Positions 31,665 to 45,028 of a stretch of 64,000 nt of DNA are shown piece by piece. The position numbers and the translations under genes are program-made. This stretch comes from a virus. Position 1 is the stretch's first letter; every line of letters starts with the position of its first letter. The DNA lies in the IMG/VR virus record IMGVR_UViG_3300045256_000058, positions 64,001-128,000 of that record; one strand, written 5' to 3'. The notes beneath the pieces are model-generated. The model did no database searches, was not told the DNA's origin, and saw nothing but the letters and a program-made list of their open reading frames with translations.

Positions 31665-32883
31665 GTTAATTTTAGGAATCAAACACAATTTACTTGACTT
31701 ATATGGTGATGAAAGTACGGTTGTCGATTTCTATGAACTCATCGTAAAGGATATTCTTTCGGGAATCGTAGAAACGGGTTACATTCTGTCCGGTACTTTC
31801 TATAGTAAGGTTTATACCGATAAATCTGAGATAGAAAGTTTGTATCCAGATTCAAAAATTGTGGAGAAATCATAATGCCAGTTTTGCATCAACTCGCAAC
31901 TACCTTCCTACAGACAGACGTTTGCACACTGAAAGCACTTCCTAACCGGGATGTTTTTGTCCTTATCGATGCTCTTAATGATTTGCTTCTAGAACACGAT
32001 TTGTTCGATGCCGCATTTGAGTGTGTAACTCAAGAGCCATACAACTCAATCGAAGAGTTAGCGGCAGATTTCGAGGTTACTCGCGTTCTAAAGGTCAAGT
32101 ATCGTGAAGCAACACTAATTCCCGCAAATGTTTATACATTCTTTCGGGGTGTTCATGACCTTATTCATCACTACAAGATGGGTTTCACGTTTGAACCTAC
32201 CGATGAATTTCGTGCTGGAATGCACTTAGCAAGCTTACTTTGGTCGAAGTCGGAACTAGCTGCGTCGTATGCGTTCTGCGATGTAGCTGGATTCAATGCG
32301 GTCTACGAGTTAGACCCTTCTCTCTGGGAACAATTGCATCCTAAATTGGATGTAAGACTTCTCAATCCGTACACTTGGCAACCCTTAGCGCATTAATAAC
32401 AAAATGTCTCTTACGCCTTCATCTCAATGGTCGGATAGAACACATGATTTTCTGATGTTTGATACAGAGCATGAGCCTGTAGCAGTAACAGAAGTCACTC
32501 TTCATGATAATACCCCAGCAACTCTGTTTTCGCTGGCAAATCATCAGGAGGAACACTTTGAAATGCTTCTAGTGGTCAGTGACCATGAGCCTATTACTCT
32601 TGATACTCTTACTTGTCCGATTAAGACAGTGTATCGTCACTTTATTTACGGAGAAGTGTTACCGCAATTGACTTTAACCACTATTGAACAAATTGCGGGT
32701 ATCTTTCCTAAGTATGTAGAAGCTAATTTCCCTGCTTCTTGGAATCTTGACCGAGAAGAATCAGTTCATGAACATCTGGGTAAAGCAATGCTTGCCAAAC
32801 TCACTGGCAACTTTGTTCCGATTCATCTCATTTAGTTTCGAGTTCACTTTTTCTAACTAATCAATTTACGGAGATTCAAATCA

Positions 32884-34062
32884 ATGGTATCTATTCCTTC
32901 TCTTCGCAATCGTCTTGCTGGCAGATTCGTTAACTCGCAAGAAGTGGCTCAAACTATTTCGTTATCGATGGTTTCTAACATCCCCCTGATTCTTAAGGGT
33001 AAAGGTGGTTATGGTAAAACCGAAAGCATTTTGGAAGCGATGAAAGTCGTTGACGGTTGGAAATGGGGTATGCTTGAAGCTACTCCAGAAACAACTGCTT
33101 CTGATTTTCTGGGTGGTGCAGTTGCTAAGACTGAGAAATTCGAGAAGTACGATATTACTCGCGCTTCTTACGATGTTCAACGTTCTTTGCTAACGAAAGA
33201 TGCGTTCTTCATCGAGGAAATGATGGATGCTTCGTTCAATGCGCTGTCTGCTCTCAAGGCGATTATCACCAATAAAGGTGCTACCGTCAATGATGAGTGG
33301 GTTCCTTCTAATCTGAAATGGCTTGTGGCTGCAACCAACGTTGACCCTGTTACGTTCTTGCAATCGCTTCCTCCTACTCACCAGAATTCTTACGATGCTC
33401 TGCTGCAACGATTTTTGGTGGTCAATCAGGAATGGAAAACTCATACTGCTAACGATTACAAGCAGTTGATTACTTTCGTTCCTACTGACAGCGAGGATAA
33501 CTTCAGCCTCGACGATTTGGAAGCTTATCGTCAACTTCGTGAGCAAGTCATCGTTACGAAAGATGTTGCTGAGTTAATTTCTGAGCTTGCTGCTCGTTCT
33601 ACCGAGCAAGGTTCGGTTGTCTCTCCACGTTCGTTCATGTGGGCACTGAATCTCATCAAATCCAGTGCGGTTCTCAACAATCGTGACCGTACTCATCAGG
33701 ATGACATTCATGTTGTGCAATATGTTACCTCTTTTGACCCCCTGCTTATGGATGGTCTTAAAGAAGAGATTGAACGCAAGCGCAAACTGTCGATTGCAAT
33801 GGACAAACTGGCAGAATACGAAGGCAAACTGTCTCAACTCGAAGAACACCTTCGCAAAAATCCGAAGTCTCTGCATCCTCACTTCCTTGCTCTATCTGTT
33901 GCTCAATCTATCGATGCAATGCTCGACAATTTGGGCAAAGAATTGCACTATGACGACAGCATGAGTCAGCAAGTCTCGAAGTTCCGTGACAAGGCTTACA
34001 ATCTGCGTGAAACTTCCGAGATTGAAGCCAAGAAGCACTTCAACGCTTATCAGCTTATCTAG
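32884..34062 (+). CDS. MoxR/RavA-like AAA+ ATPase
   Basis: Walker A GKGGYGKT, Walker B FFIEE, AATN, ALLQRF and SPRS. Confidence 0.85.
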   Translation: MVSIPSLRNRLAGRFVNSQEVAQTISLSMVSNIPLILKGKGGYGKTESILEAMKVVDGWKWGMLEATPETTASDFLGGAVAKTEKFEKYDITRASYDVQRSLLTKDAFFIEEMMDASFNALSALKAIITNKGATVNDEWVPSNLKWLVAATNVDPVTFLQSLPPTHQNSYDALLQRFLVVNQEWKTHTANDYKQLITFVPTDSEDNFSLDDLEAYRQLREQVIVTKDVAELISELAARSTEQGSVVSPRSFMWALNLIKSSAVLNNRDRTHQDDIHVVQYVTSFDPLLMDGLKEEIERKRKLSIAMDKLAEYEGKLSQLEEHLRKNPKSLHPHFLALSVAQSIDAMLDNLGKELHYDDSMSQQVSKFRDKAYNLRETSEIEAKKHFNAYQLI

Positions 34063-34116
34063 TTCAGTAATGGGGGTGCTTAATGTGCCCCCTGCTCTCT
34101 TTCTGAGGTTTTTCCA

Positions 34117-35511
34117 ATGGTTCAAAGAACTAAGAATGATACATATCTTCTCACCGAACGTGAGGTAGTCGAGTTTGGTAAACGTCTGAAGAAAAAGCTG
34201 AATTACAGCCCTTCTCTCGCGCTTGATATTGCAAATCTGATTGAAGGTGGTGAGATTCTTCCCACTCCTGACATCAAATCTCAGATTCGTAAGCAATTAA
34301 GCAAACAATTAACTTTGAAAGCCGATGCTTCCGGTCAATATCGTGATGTGAAGGGTGAGAAGGTTCCCTCTTATGCAGATGCAATGGATTCGTATGTTGA
34401 TGAACACTTCAAAGTTCAGAAAAATACGGTAGAATTTCTGCAAGAACTGAAATCTGGCGGAGATTTGAACAAAGTTCCTGGTAGAACACCGTTAGAAAAG
34501 ACGTTTACTCTTCTACGGATGCTCGATAAGAACGATGGCAAATCAAGCTCTCCCATGCCTACTGGTGGTGGAGGTGGTGGCGAATTCATGCCTACTTTCT
34601 CTGGTGGTAATAGTCGAGGTTCTGCTTCTGCACGTAATCTTCATGACCAACTTGAGTTTCTAGACAAAATTACTCCTGAGAGTAAGGAACTCATGTCTAC
34701 TCTGGAGAATGATATGTATGACGATGGCACAGAAGAGGATGAAGATACTCAGAATGCCATTAGTATTGCCAGCAATGTTTATCGTGAAATTCTCAAGTCT
34801 GCATCGATGCTTGACAGAGTTACGGCTATTCACACTAAGCCGACTTCTCGATTAATTCCAGATGTAACTGGCGACCGTATCGAACATAGAGCAATTCGTG
34901 GCTTTGAAGAGACTGGCAAAATTCATGCTAAAGAGTTCATTCGTCCTCGTCCAGTAATGCTCTCTCGAATTATTGAGCATCAAACTCAGGTCAAACAAAT
35001 CTATCGACAAGAACAGTCAATGCCGATTATTGCCCTTCTTATTGATGATTCTGGTTCTATGAACGAGAATTACAAACGAGAAAAAGCACTCGGTATTCTT
35101 CACAATATGCTTGAGCGTGTAATGAAGAGTGAGACTTGGTTATTATTCTCTTTCTTTGAGAAACAAGCTCACAAATTCTACACTTTTGAAGCTGGCGATG
35201 TCGAAGCTGTCAAGAAGTTCTATCGAGGTGCTGTCAAACATAAATTTGATACTGGTGGAACTTACGTTGGTGGTGCTGCTCAACGGGCACTTGAAGAACT
35301 TGACAAAATCTACGACAAATATACGGAGATTGACTTCTCTCGTCGTGACCGTCACTTGATTCTTGTAAATGATGGTCAAGATGATGCGTCTAATCTTACT
35401 CTTCAGATGTTAAATGGTGCAAAGCTTCATGCTTTTGTACTTGATTCCGATAATGAAGAGTTACGAAGATTGGCAATTCAGTCAGGTGGTTCGTATCGGA
35501 GCAAATTGTAA
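34117..35511 (+). CDS. VWA-domain partner of the MoxR ATPase (ViaA-like)
   Basis: MIDAS residues DDSGSM, GGT and NDG; directly downstream of the ATPase. Confidence 0.85.
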   Translation: MVQRTKNDTYLLTEREVVEFGKRLKKKLNYSPSLALDIANLIEGGEILPTPDIKSQIRKQLSKQLTLKADASGQYRDVKGEKVPSYADAMDSYVDEHFKVQKNTVEFLQELKSGGDLNKVPGRTPLEKTFTLLRMLDKNDGKSSSPMPTGGGGGGEFMPTFSGGNSRGSASARNLHDQLEFLDKITPESKELMSTLENDMYDDGTEEDEDTQNAISIASNVYREILKSASMLDRVTAIHTKPTSRLIPDVTGDRIEHRAIRGFEETGKIHAKEFIRPRPVMLSRIIEHQTQVKQIYRQEQSMPIIALLIDDSGSMNENYKREKALGILHNMLERVMKSETWLLFSFFEKQAHKFYTFEAGDVEAVKKFYRGAVKHKFDTGGTYVGGAAQRALEELDKIYDKYTEIDFSRRDRHLILVNDGQDDASNLTLQMLNGAKLHAFVLDSDNEELRRLAIQSGGSYRSKL

Positions 35512-36555
35512 TGACTCTTGTTGACAGACAGAGAATCCTGACAGTATTAGAGAGATTTCTGTATCATCATCCAGAGATACAGAGTCTCCCTCTGTCAGAA
35601 AAAATTTCCAAGTTGGTTGAGTTCTTTCCTGCAATGGTGGTAAATGTCCGAGATTATACCTCGGAGGAGTATTCAAAAATCAAGTATTTACCATTGTACT
35701 GCGGAAATGAGCAAGGTGGTTGGGTTGCAGAGGTTTACTCACTTACATAAGGAGGCTCTATGACTACGGTAAAGAGAGGCAATTACACTATAACTACTCG
35801 TAATTCGGGTACTACATGGTTCGTAAAATGTCTTTTGAATGCTAAGGTTCGTATCTCCGAACGAGTAAAACAAATGTACGGTTGTTTCAACACAGAGGAA
35901 GAGGATGATGAACTTGTCTTCGGCTTTGATGACGGTTCGTGACATTGTTTCTTCTCTAGCTACAGGGAAGAAACAAAATTGTAGGCATACTGCTTACGTT
36001 GACCTATTTGATGGTCATTTACTATACATTTCAACCTTTTCTATTAGTGATTCTTTCCATGAAACAGCTATTTTTCTAGTTGTAAATGGTAAGGTCACTA
36101 CTTGGGAAGAAATGTATCGAGAGGATTATTGCAATGCGGATGACGCAACAAAGCGACATGAAATAATCGTAGGGCAACTCTCAAACTTAGCTCGTTGGCT
36201 AAGACAGAGAAGGGAGCAAGGGGCTATACTACCTACTCCACTTCTTACTGCTGTAGAGACAGAGATAAAAATTTTACTCCCTCTGACTCGAAGCAGACAT
36301 GAATGTAATGAACAGTAAATAAGAAGCCTGTACAGATTACCGACTGCTGTATGGGTTAAGTATGAGTCGGAATTATATATTATATGAACGCTTGCTTTCC
36401 TCTGTGAGTAGTCAAAGGTAGATTACTCATATTGCTTTTTCTATCCGTTCGATAAAGGTAATCGAATGATTCAGTTAGAAAAAGTAACAAGTGTATTACC
36501 GCTCGATAGAAGTAAAGAGTAGTGTATCGCTGTCAACCATCATCTCGGAGTCTTT

Positions 36556-37143
36556 ATGACCACGCCAAATCTTTCACTTCTTGTTCACATCTACGACAAT
36601 CACACCACAGTTCAAACTGCTAAATCTGGCGGAGCTTTCGGTAAACTCAACACTCTTCCGGTCGGTGCAAATCAACTCTTTCCTTCTGCTCCTGTAGTAG
36701 AAGATAACTCAGTCTATTTGATTGAGGGACACGATTTCACAAGTGACGCAATTTACTTCGTTGCATACAACGGTGCGAATCGTGAGCTTGCGGTTAGCTG
36801 GAAAACTAACACTGAAGCTGTTTACGTCTACGAAAATATCCCTCTGGAACTATTGACCCGATTTCTTGCTGCTAAAAGCAAGGGTTCATTTGTTTCCAGT
36901 CAAATTGTAGGCAAACAAAAGCTGAGTCGAATTACGAATCCTGCTGAGTTTACTCGCAACAAGCTATTTGAAGCGATTGGAACCAAGACAAAAGCACCCA
37001 CTTACGTTCGTGAGCCTCGCAATGCTTCAAATCCTGCCTCATCGAAAGCTAACCCAGGTAACAAGCAAGTTTCGGATGCCCAGCTAGAGCAAATGGCTCA
37101 GTATATCTTTGAAACTCTTGGTAGTTTGCCTAAGTTTCGGTAG
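36556..37143 (+). CDS. KTSC-domain protein
   Basis: SDAIYFVAYN...L.V....YVYENIP.....FLAAKSKGSF. Confidence 0.75.
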   Translation: MTTPNLSLLVHIYDNHTTVQTAKSGGAFGKLNTLPVGANQLFPSAPVVEDNSVYLIEGHDFTSDAIYFVAYNGANRELAVSWKTNTEAVYVYENIPLELLTRFLAAKSKGSFVSSQIVGKQKLSRITNPAEFTRNKLFEAIGTKTKAPTYVREPRNASNPASSKANPGNKQVSDAQLEQMAQYIFETLGSLPKFR

Positions 37144-37883
37144 AATGGATATATAAGTTGAACTTATGTTCTCATACTCGATACTTTAAGTCGAGTTATG
37201 TCCCCTATTCGGTACTCAAATGTTAGCTACAAAAATTGGCATTCAAGTTACTCCTCCTTCTGAGAAAGATTCGGTGGATGTAAACATCAATCTGCACAGC
37301 ACATTACCAGTCGGAACAAGATTGTATCTCGCCTCTGAAATGCGAAAGCTATTGGAGCATCGTGACAGTGACCGAGTAATTGCATCTTTTGTTTCCGATA
37401 CAGAGTATGCAAAGCTCTTTCTATCTCTCATGTCTTCTCGTAAAGAGGCTGAAGACTTCATTCTTAAACTAATGTCCTACAAGTCAAACGTTGATTATGC
37501 GAGTCTCAATGCGGTATCAAGCGAGAACGGGCAAACTTCAGAAACCCAATCGAAAAACAAGTGGGTCTAAGGGCAGGTTACGAGCAGTAAAGCAACGAAC
37601 ACAAGCGACTAGGCGAATACTACAACAATTAAGCAGAGAATGGGAAAATGGTTCAACTGATTAACTGGTTCATGTTAGTTACGGGTGTTTCTACCATCTT
37701 TCTAGGTGGTATGAGCATTTACGAAAACTCAATCTACACAAACTCACCACTACCAAGTGTAGGTATGGAGAGTAAGGTTCAGTCAGAAGCCTATAGTGAT
37801 ACAGGGAAAACAAGTGCAGCCGTTTTTCTAGGTTTATTCCTGCTTCGTTGGGGACTCATTGATATTCAAAGTGAAAGATACTA

Positions 37884-38630
37884 ATGAGCATGGAAATTTA
37901 TTTAACCGGAGGAGCAGTAAGAGACGCTCATATTTATGGTAATTTCACTTCCCATAAAGATTGGGATTTTGTAATTATTGCTCCTTCCTTTGAGGACATG
38001 GTAGCGCAATTTGAAGCTTCTGGTGGAAAAGTTTACAAATTGCAACCAGAGTTCGGTAGATTACGTGGTTTCTGGAAAGGTTATAACGGGGATTTCATGG
38101 TAGGTCGAATAGACGGTTTCTACCCTGATGGTCGTCATCCCGAAACTATTCAGATTGCGGAATCTATCGAACTAGATTTACAACGTAGGGATTTGGCTTT
38201 CAATGCAATGGCTGTTCCTGTTGACCCTGAAACTGGTGTTATTTACTGGAATGAAGTAATCGATTTGTTCGGAGGTCTTGACGACATTAGAAATAAAGTC
38301 ATTCGTCCAGTGGGTAACATTATTCACCGTGTAACTGAAGATGCTTTACGTTTAATGCGTTGGTATCGCTTTCAAGCTCAGTTACCAGGATTTACTCCTG
38401 ATTTAATGACAGTTGGAATGATAGAAAGTGAAGCGGAGATGTTAGGTCATGCCCTTTCTAAAATTTCATCTGATAGAAGAAGAGGCGAATTGTATCTAAT
38501 GTTTCAAGCAGATAGTATTCGCTCCATTCACATCCTATCGAGAATTCATATTGCAATTCTAAATGCAATGTTTTCTGGTGGGATTAAGTTATCACCAACC
38601 AATCGGATTCTAAAGGAAAAACTACAATGA
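37884..38630 (+). CDS. cca: tRNA nucleotidyltransferase (class II, CCA-adding-like)
   Basis: GGAVRD, DWD, DLQRRDLAFNAMA and EDALRLMR motifs. Confidence 0.85.
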   Translation: MSMEIYLTGGAVRDAHIYGNFTSHKDWDFVIIAPSFEDMVAQFEASGGKVYKLQPEFGRLRGFWKGYNGDFMVGRIDGFYPDGRHPETIQIAESIELDLQRRDLAFNAMAVPVDPETGVIYWNEVIDLFGGLDDIRNKVIRPVGNIIHRVTEDALRLMRWYRFQAQLPGFTPDLMTVGMIESEAEMLGHALSKISSDRRRGELYLMFQADSIRSIHILSRIHIAILNAMFSGGIKLSPTNRILKEKLQ

Positions 38631-41600
38631 AGAAACGAGAGGACGCTCCTGCTGCTCACGCCCCAGTTGCATCAGATGAAGCGCTTTACAACAAGGATGA
38701 CCCCCGACATGAGGAAGCTGTGCAAATGTATAATCACATCGCTTCTCAAGCTGAACCAGATGAAGTGTTTATGTACACACTTCTTGAACCAGTAGAAGGT
38801 GCTGTTGATATTTCTACATCAAAACAGAAATGAAACGAAGTCATTCACGACATTCGTATCCAATAGGTAAGCACATTCCAATTTCGGCAGTTCGTCCTGC
38901 TTCAAAACTATCTTGCCGATATGAAAGATTGCTCCCTCAATTTCGGCACTCTACGCAAGAGCAACGTAGAGCCATCAAAAGAATGCACACTCGAAAAAAC
39001 AGATACACCCTTCGTCATGAAACAACAAGCTACGAACCCGCTGATTGGTAAGCGATTTAAGTTCAATCACAACGGAGTGACGGAAACTGCTGAGATTTTT
39101 CAGCATAATATTCGTCCTCAAGGTAATACTTACGGAGTAATCATTCTTCGTGACCCTGATTTACCTCTTTCTACCTCTAACTCCAAATGGTTTTTCTCGA
39201 TTCCAGAAGATAGAGCGCAAGAGATTGTAAGTCGATTAGTCGTCCTATCGCTATCGCCAAATCAACCTTCTAAAAAGAAAAAGAAAGTCATTACTGTAGG
39301 TAGTAGAAAGTGAGCTATATCTATCTTGCAGGTCAACAGGATACTCTCACATTTGCTCCAAACGTATTCTATGCCTCCTGTGATGAGCAGGAAGTAATGA
39401 GTAGGGCAAGAGAGTACCTTGATTCTTTACCTTCTGGCAGCAGAGTGGTAGTTCATCGTATTGAACTGAACACTCAAAATCCCCAAAAAGCAATGATTTT
39501 TCAAGGGTTAAAGTAATGAAACGTGGTAAAAAGATTGAAGCTGCGTTACAAAGACGCAAAAAAGCTTGGCAATTAATGCAAACTGATGCCTCTTGGCGTG
39601 GGGATGCGTTTCGCAAACACGGTATTGAAGGCTTTCGTGAGCCTGGTTCTCGTAAATTTCGCGGTTAAGTAAATCTATTGTTGTTGTTGAGGTCAAAATA
39701 TGTTACGCACTGACAATTATCGAGTTAAGTTTCATCACGTTGAATTTGCCAAACGTGATAAAAATGTTCCGGGTGAATATCGTGCAAAGCGTGGAACAAT
39801 TGCAAAAATCTATCCTGCTCCTGCTCCTGGGGTTCAATTAGGTGAGCCTATCGTAGTAGGTTGGGCAGCTTGTTCACCCAAAGAAAAAACCTTCAATAAG
39901 GCAATCGGTCGATTTCTATCACTCTTTCGTGCATTACAAATTCACGGTTTTGATAGAGCCGCAAAGAAGGAAATCATGAATGCTTTCTGGGAAACCACAC
40001 CTCCTTCAAAAGTCTTTAACGATTCTGGTCTGTCCGAGTTCGACTATTAACTCTCACTGCAAACACTAAATTTACCGGAGATTACTATGCCACTCAATTT
40101 GAAAATGTTCAAGCCTGTTCTCGGTGTCAAAAAAGTAACGAAAGAAGCAGGTGTTCTACCTGAAACTCTTCTTACTGTTGAAGAGGCTGAGAAACTTGCT
40201 GAAGGAAATGCGTTTGTTCGAGCTTTTCTGGATGACGATGATGTAGATGAAGCCAGCGTAATGTCCATCGCCACTGGTTTCAGCTACCGATTCAGCAAAA
40301 AATTCACACCTGAATTTAAGGCAAAACACGCCCATGCAATGCTCGATGAACTTCTAAGTCGCATGGAGAAAGAAAGCATGGGTATGAGTCAAGCGCTGGA
40401 TGCTGTTCAAGATATTGGCGAAGGATTCCGATTCAAGAGCGAATGAGGTAAACTTATGTTACGCGATTTAGGACTGATGGCTATTTTCTTCCTTCTAGGA
40501 TGGAAAGCTGGCGACCAAATTGTTGAAAAAATGACTGGCTTTGCTAAGTCTGTTTCTGACGAAATCAAAAAACAACAAGATTCGTAGGACTAACCGATGA
40601 AACCGATTCGAGTTCATGTCAATATCACCAATGAAGACATTAGAACAGGTGAGATTGCTCATGCTGGTAAGTGTCCGTTAGCTTATGCTTCTGCAAGGGC
40701 ATTGGCTGAGAATGAAGAGATTCCCGCTTGTGAAGTTCGAGTAATTGAATCACTTTATTTCTACTATGATTTGGAAACAAAAAGCAAGTGGATTAAGGTG
40801 GCTGAGTTACCCCAGCAAGTAAAAGAATGGGTATCTCGATTTGATAGCAAAAAGCAAGTTGAACCGATTGCGTTTGACATCGATGTTTACTTGCCTACTC
40901 AGAATGAATTGGATTCCAAAACGGAATTCATTTATGACCGAAAGTTGAACTAATCTATGAACGTATTACCTCTCTCAGAACACAATATACAGTTACTTAG
41001 CCAGTTTTATGACTATTGGGTAGCTGTTGAAGAAGTAATTTCACATAATGCTTCTCTTTACATTAAGTTAAGAGATGATATTGTGTCTGACCTTCCTAAA
41101 CCTCTGAGAGGGGTAGTTCACGTTCTTAACGGGACATAAAGTTATGAAAGTTTATACATATAATGAACGCTTTTTTAACGAGTTGGAAAATGTAGACGAT
41201 AACGTTGTTGAATCACGACTCGTTCCTTTTGGTACGCTTTCGGTTGGAACTAAATTTATACTTCCTAATACAAAAACTAAAAAGTATCGTGGTAATACTC
41301 ATTCAATAGATATTAGAACTACTGAGCCAATAGAAACAGTAACAACTGTGTCATCGGTTTACGGAGCAATAAATACTGCTATTAAATATAAATATGAAAC
41401 AAAAACTAAGTTTCAACCTTATATTTATGTAAAGATTTCTCCAAGAAAAAGACCGAATTACGGCTTTGAGTATAACGCTAAGATAGATAGACACTCTTAC
41501 AATCGAGAATATCTCTCAGGTTTTATTTCTGACGATACTTTAGTTCTACCACTTGACAAGAGGGAATGAAATGTTTAGTATTAGGTTAGGTGATTTCAGG

Positions 41601-42636
41601 ATAACGATTGAAAATGCAAAGCTTCAACCTGACCCCGGTACAGTACTCCGGTCAAAAGTACACAATCGATGCAGTCCCACTAGGCGCAAAGCGAAATGGC
41701 GGAAATCTGTCTCTCGTCTCGGCTCCAAAGGGGTTAGGAAATGGTGAGTACATTACTCTTGAAACATCGGGTACTGGAAGACCGAAAATCAGCAGAGCTA
41801 ATTATGACTCAGATTTACCTGTGTCTTGGTTAGCTAAACTATCTGCAAAGAACAAACAGGCTCTAGGTAAAGGGATTATTTACATTCCTCGCATTGACTT
41901 TCATACCGTACAGATTCTTTCCTACGGGGTTGGTTACTATAATCCAACTAAATCTGAAGGGTATTTAGAGTTATTGCTTCATGTAAAACCTTCTCCTGGT
42001 TATTCGATTCCAATCATTGTTGACGATGGTTGTCCTGTTTGTTATGAGAGCAATCGAAGAAATATTCGAGGATATGTATTCAGCACTGCGGAAGTTGCAA
42101 TATTAGATTTCGAGACACTTTACGGACTTACTGATATTAGCTCTCTCGATACACCAAGCAACTCGTATATAAAGCTGAGTATTGATTCATTACCAGAGGT
42201 TCAAAATGCCGCGTAAAACAATGCGACCTTCTCAAGAGGAGATTTTAGAGCAACAACGTGCAGAGTACGCTCAATTTTATGCAATGCTTCCTTGTTCTAT
42301 TATTCAATTAATGGGTGAAGCAGAAAGAGTTGGGATTTCAGCCGTTGTCCATAAGTACGAAAACGGTAAGTTAAGTGTAACTTTTGAATTCGCACAAGTT
42401 CAGTTTGAAGTTCCTTTATGGGATATGAGTTCAACAGTGGGTAATCAACTTTCTATCGAGGGTGAAACTCATTGGTCACAACGGGACGCTGTACAAGCTG
42501 TAATCAATGCAATTGAAGATTACAAATATGAGCTAGAGCAAGAACATCAACAAGAGAAACTCTATCACTCTGCTCTTTCCAAATTAACTCCCGAAGAAGC
42601 TCATATTCTTCAAGAAAGATTTATGAGACTTGGTAG

Positions 42637-43107
42637 ATGCTTAGTGTAATTGAAGGAGATATTACCAAATTGAATCACTCGTTTGGTATTATCCACGTTG
42701 TTAATGATTCGGGTGTATTTAATGCTGGTGTTGCTAAAGCTATTGCACAAGAGTTTCCAGTTGCAAAACAAGCATATCTAGCGAAGACTGAATACACCCT
42801 CGGTAATATTCAATGTGTGCCCGTTCTAAACCTCGATGAGGACAAAAGAATGGGCTTTATTGTAAATATGATTTCTCAACATGGTTACGGTAATCCTAAG
42901 AAAACTGGAAAAGTTTACCTAGATTATCAAGCTTTTGAGAAGTGTATTTCTAAAGTTGTCTATTGGTGGTCAGGTGTAATGTATAAACCTTTTCCACTGT
43001 ATGCTCCGTATGGCATGGGAGCAGGATACGCTGGTGGTGATTGGGAAAAAATACTAGATATACTTGAATATCATTTACCTGAATTAACTTTGGTTAAAAA
43101 GATATGA
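42637..43107 (+). CDS. Macrodomain protein (ADP-ribose hydrolase-like)
   Basis: GDIT, HVVN...AGVAKAI and GMGAGYAGGDW. Confidence 0.88.
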   Translation: MLSVIEGDITKLNHSFGIIHVVNDSGVFNAGVAKAIAQEFPVAKQAYLAKTEYTLGNIQCVPVLNLDEDKRMGFIVNMISQHGYGNPKKTGKVYLDYQAFEKCISKVVYWWSGVMYKPFPLYAPYGMGAGYAGGDWEKILDILEYHLPELTLVKKI

Positions 43108-44139
43108 AAATTCAGAGTAACTTTAAGGACTATTACGATAATGTACTTGTATATGGAACGGATGCTGAGTTAATTTACAAAAGATTTACTACAGTAATTC
43201 ATGAAATTCCATCTGAAGTAATTGAATTTATTAATACTATTCCAAAAGGAAGCATTCATTATAGTTCTCGTAAAAGTCTAGTGCCTAGAGTATTAGGCTT
43301 TGCTGGAAAGTTATATCCTCTCTGGGAGTTTGAAAATGACCCGAAGAATATAATAGAGAATGGATGGGAGCATGGAACAGTATTTTATAACTCGGATAGT
43401 ATTCTTAAGGGACTTTACACTGAATTAGCAGAAGTTGATTCTAAATATGCAACTATGCCCGCTATTGGTGCTAGTCACAAGAAGTACCTCAGTTTAGCCA
43501 TATCTAGTTTTCTAACTATTCCTAGTTATAACTGGAAATCTTTGGATGACCCATCTAGCGGGTATCCTAGTTCTCCTCGAAAACACAAGATTGACAAATT
43601 TCTAGAATCTAATTTCGGTAAGAAAGTTTCGGATTCAATATTTCAAGACTTAGGTGTTCCAGTATTTCTGGTTATTCCTACTTCTAGATACGGAGCTAGA
43701 GAAAAAAACCAACTAATTCTAAATCCTAAGTTAGAAAATATTGGAGTGCCGCAATTTATCGATTCATATACTGCTTACCAAGAGCTAAGTATGTATGTCG
43801 GTGGTGTTCTCACAACTGAAAAAGAGATTGTAAAGATTACTGACGACAAAATTCTAGCTGCTAAACATGGTTATGATAAACATTCTTTTCGTCAAGTTGC
43901 TCCAGGTGAGAAAAAAGCACGACGAAAATTGAATAGGGAGAGAAAGAAAAAATGAGTTTACCCTTCGTTAGATATAGAATTGATATTGATATTCCTCCTA
44001 CTTTTACGGAGGCTGAGAAAGATAAGGTAACTGAAATTCTTTCTCATTTGGACTTAGAGCATGAATTGGAAAGATTTCTTTACGATAAGATTCTAAAGTA
44101 CTTTCATGCTGAAATTGACGTTGAAGAGGTTTATAAGTA

Positions 44140-44607
44140 ATGAAAGTACAAATTCACTCCAGACAATCTGTGGTAACTTCACTTCCACCAGGAACACAGT
44201 ATGCGATTATTTCAATTACTGACCCTGAAAGCACCTTTGCATTGACTCCTACTACTCCATCTAGGGCTGCATTACATCTTAAGTTTCACGATGTAGAAGA
44301 AAGTTGGGGTTCAGGATACCGTGTAATTAGCGATGAGCAAGCAGAAGCAATTGCGGCTTTCGTAAAAGCGGTAAAAGATGATGTCGATTTGTTCGTAATT
44401 AACTGTGATGCAGGTATTTCTAGAAGCTCTGCGACTGCTGCTGTTGTTTCGGAATATTTGGGACTGGATACTTTGTGGATTCTTCAGAATTCTCATTATT
44501 TTCCCAATGCAACGGTAATGAGAAAACTTCGTAAGGCTTTTGGTATTGATTTGCAATCCTACTTAGAGGGACAACAATATGTTAGTGAGCAGTCACAGTC
44601 CGAATAG
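44140..44607 (+). CDS. Cys-dependent PTP-like phosphatase
   Basis: CX5R P-loop NCDAGISRS; IISITDP and FHD. Confidence 0.85.
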   Translation: MKVQIHSRQSVVTSLPPGTQYAIISITDPESTFALTPTTPSRAALHLKFHDVEESWGSGYRVISDEQAEAIAAFVKAVKDDVDLFVINCDAGISRSSATAAVVSEYLGLDTLWILQNSHYFPNATVMRKLRKAFGIDLQSYLEGQQYVSEQSQSE

Positions 44608-45028
44608 ATTAATCGTAAAGAATCTAACCATCGGTGATTTACTTTCTGAGGTGGAGTTTAGCGAGGATGACTTACCTACTCCAGAATATTATGAATCAGA
44701 GATTGCCGCTACTGTTGCTGGATTACTTTACAAATTTCCAACAGGGACATTAGTGGGTACTTATCTAGATGAAAGTAACACTAAGTATAATATCAATATT
44801 GTTGGATACGATAAGATTAGATTTCTTCATCTATTCGTAAACAAAAATATAAAACTTAGTGAAGATTCACATCTAATGCCTCAACACAGACAAAAGACTT
44901 TCATGGATTTATCTATGGAAGATAGAAATCTAATTCTTCAAAAAAGAGTAGATGTCTATTTGATTCCACATGAAGACGACAATGCACATGACTTTTTTGA
45001 GTCAGTAATGTACTATCACTTTCAATAG
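44579..45028 (+). CDS. DUF262/ParB-like fold protein, degenerate
   Basis: LLYKFP.G, IVG..KI..L..FV and F.DL..ED pattern. Confidence 0.35.
   Translation: MLVSSHSPNRLIVKNLTIGDLLSEVEFSEDDLPTPEYYESEIAATVAGLLYKFPTGTLVGTYLDESNTKYNINIVGYDKIRFLHLFVNKNIKLSEDSHLMPQHRQKTFMDLSMEDRNLILQKRVDVYLIPHEDDNAHDFFESVMYYHFQ

Noticed and set aside
32962-34296. Antisense and alternate-frame ORFs over the MoxR gene, and similar ones over ardC, the VWA gene and the Ro-like gene
   Set aside because: Shadow ORFs produced by codon bias in well-supported genes.
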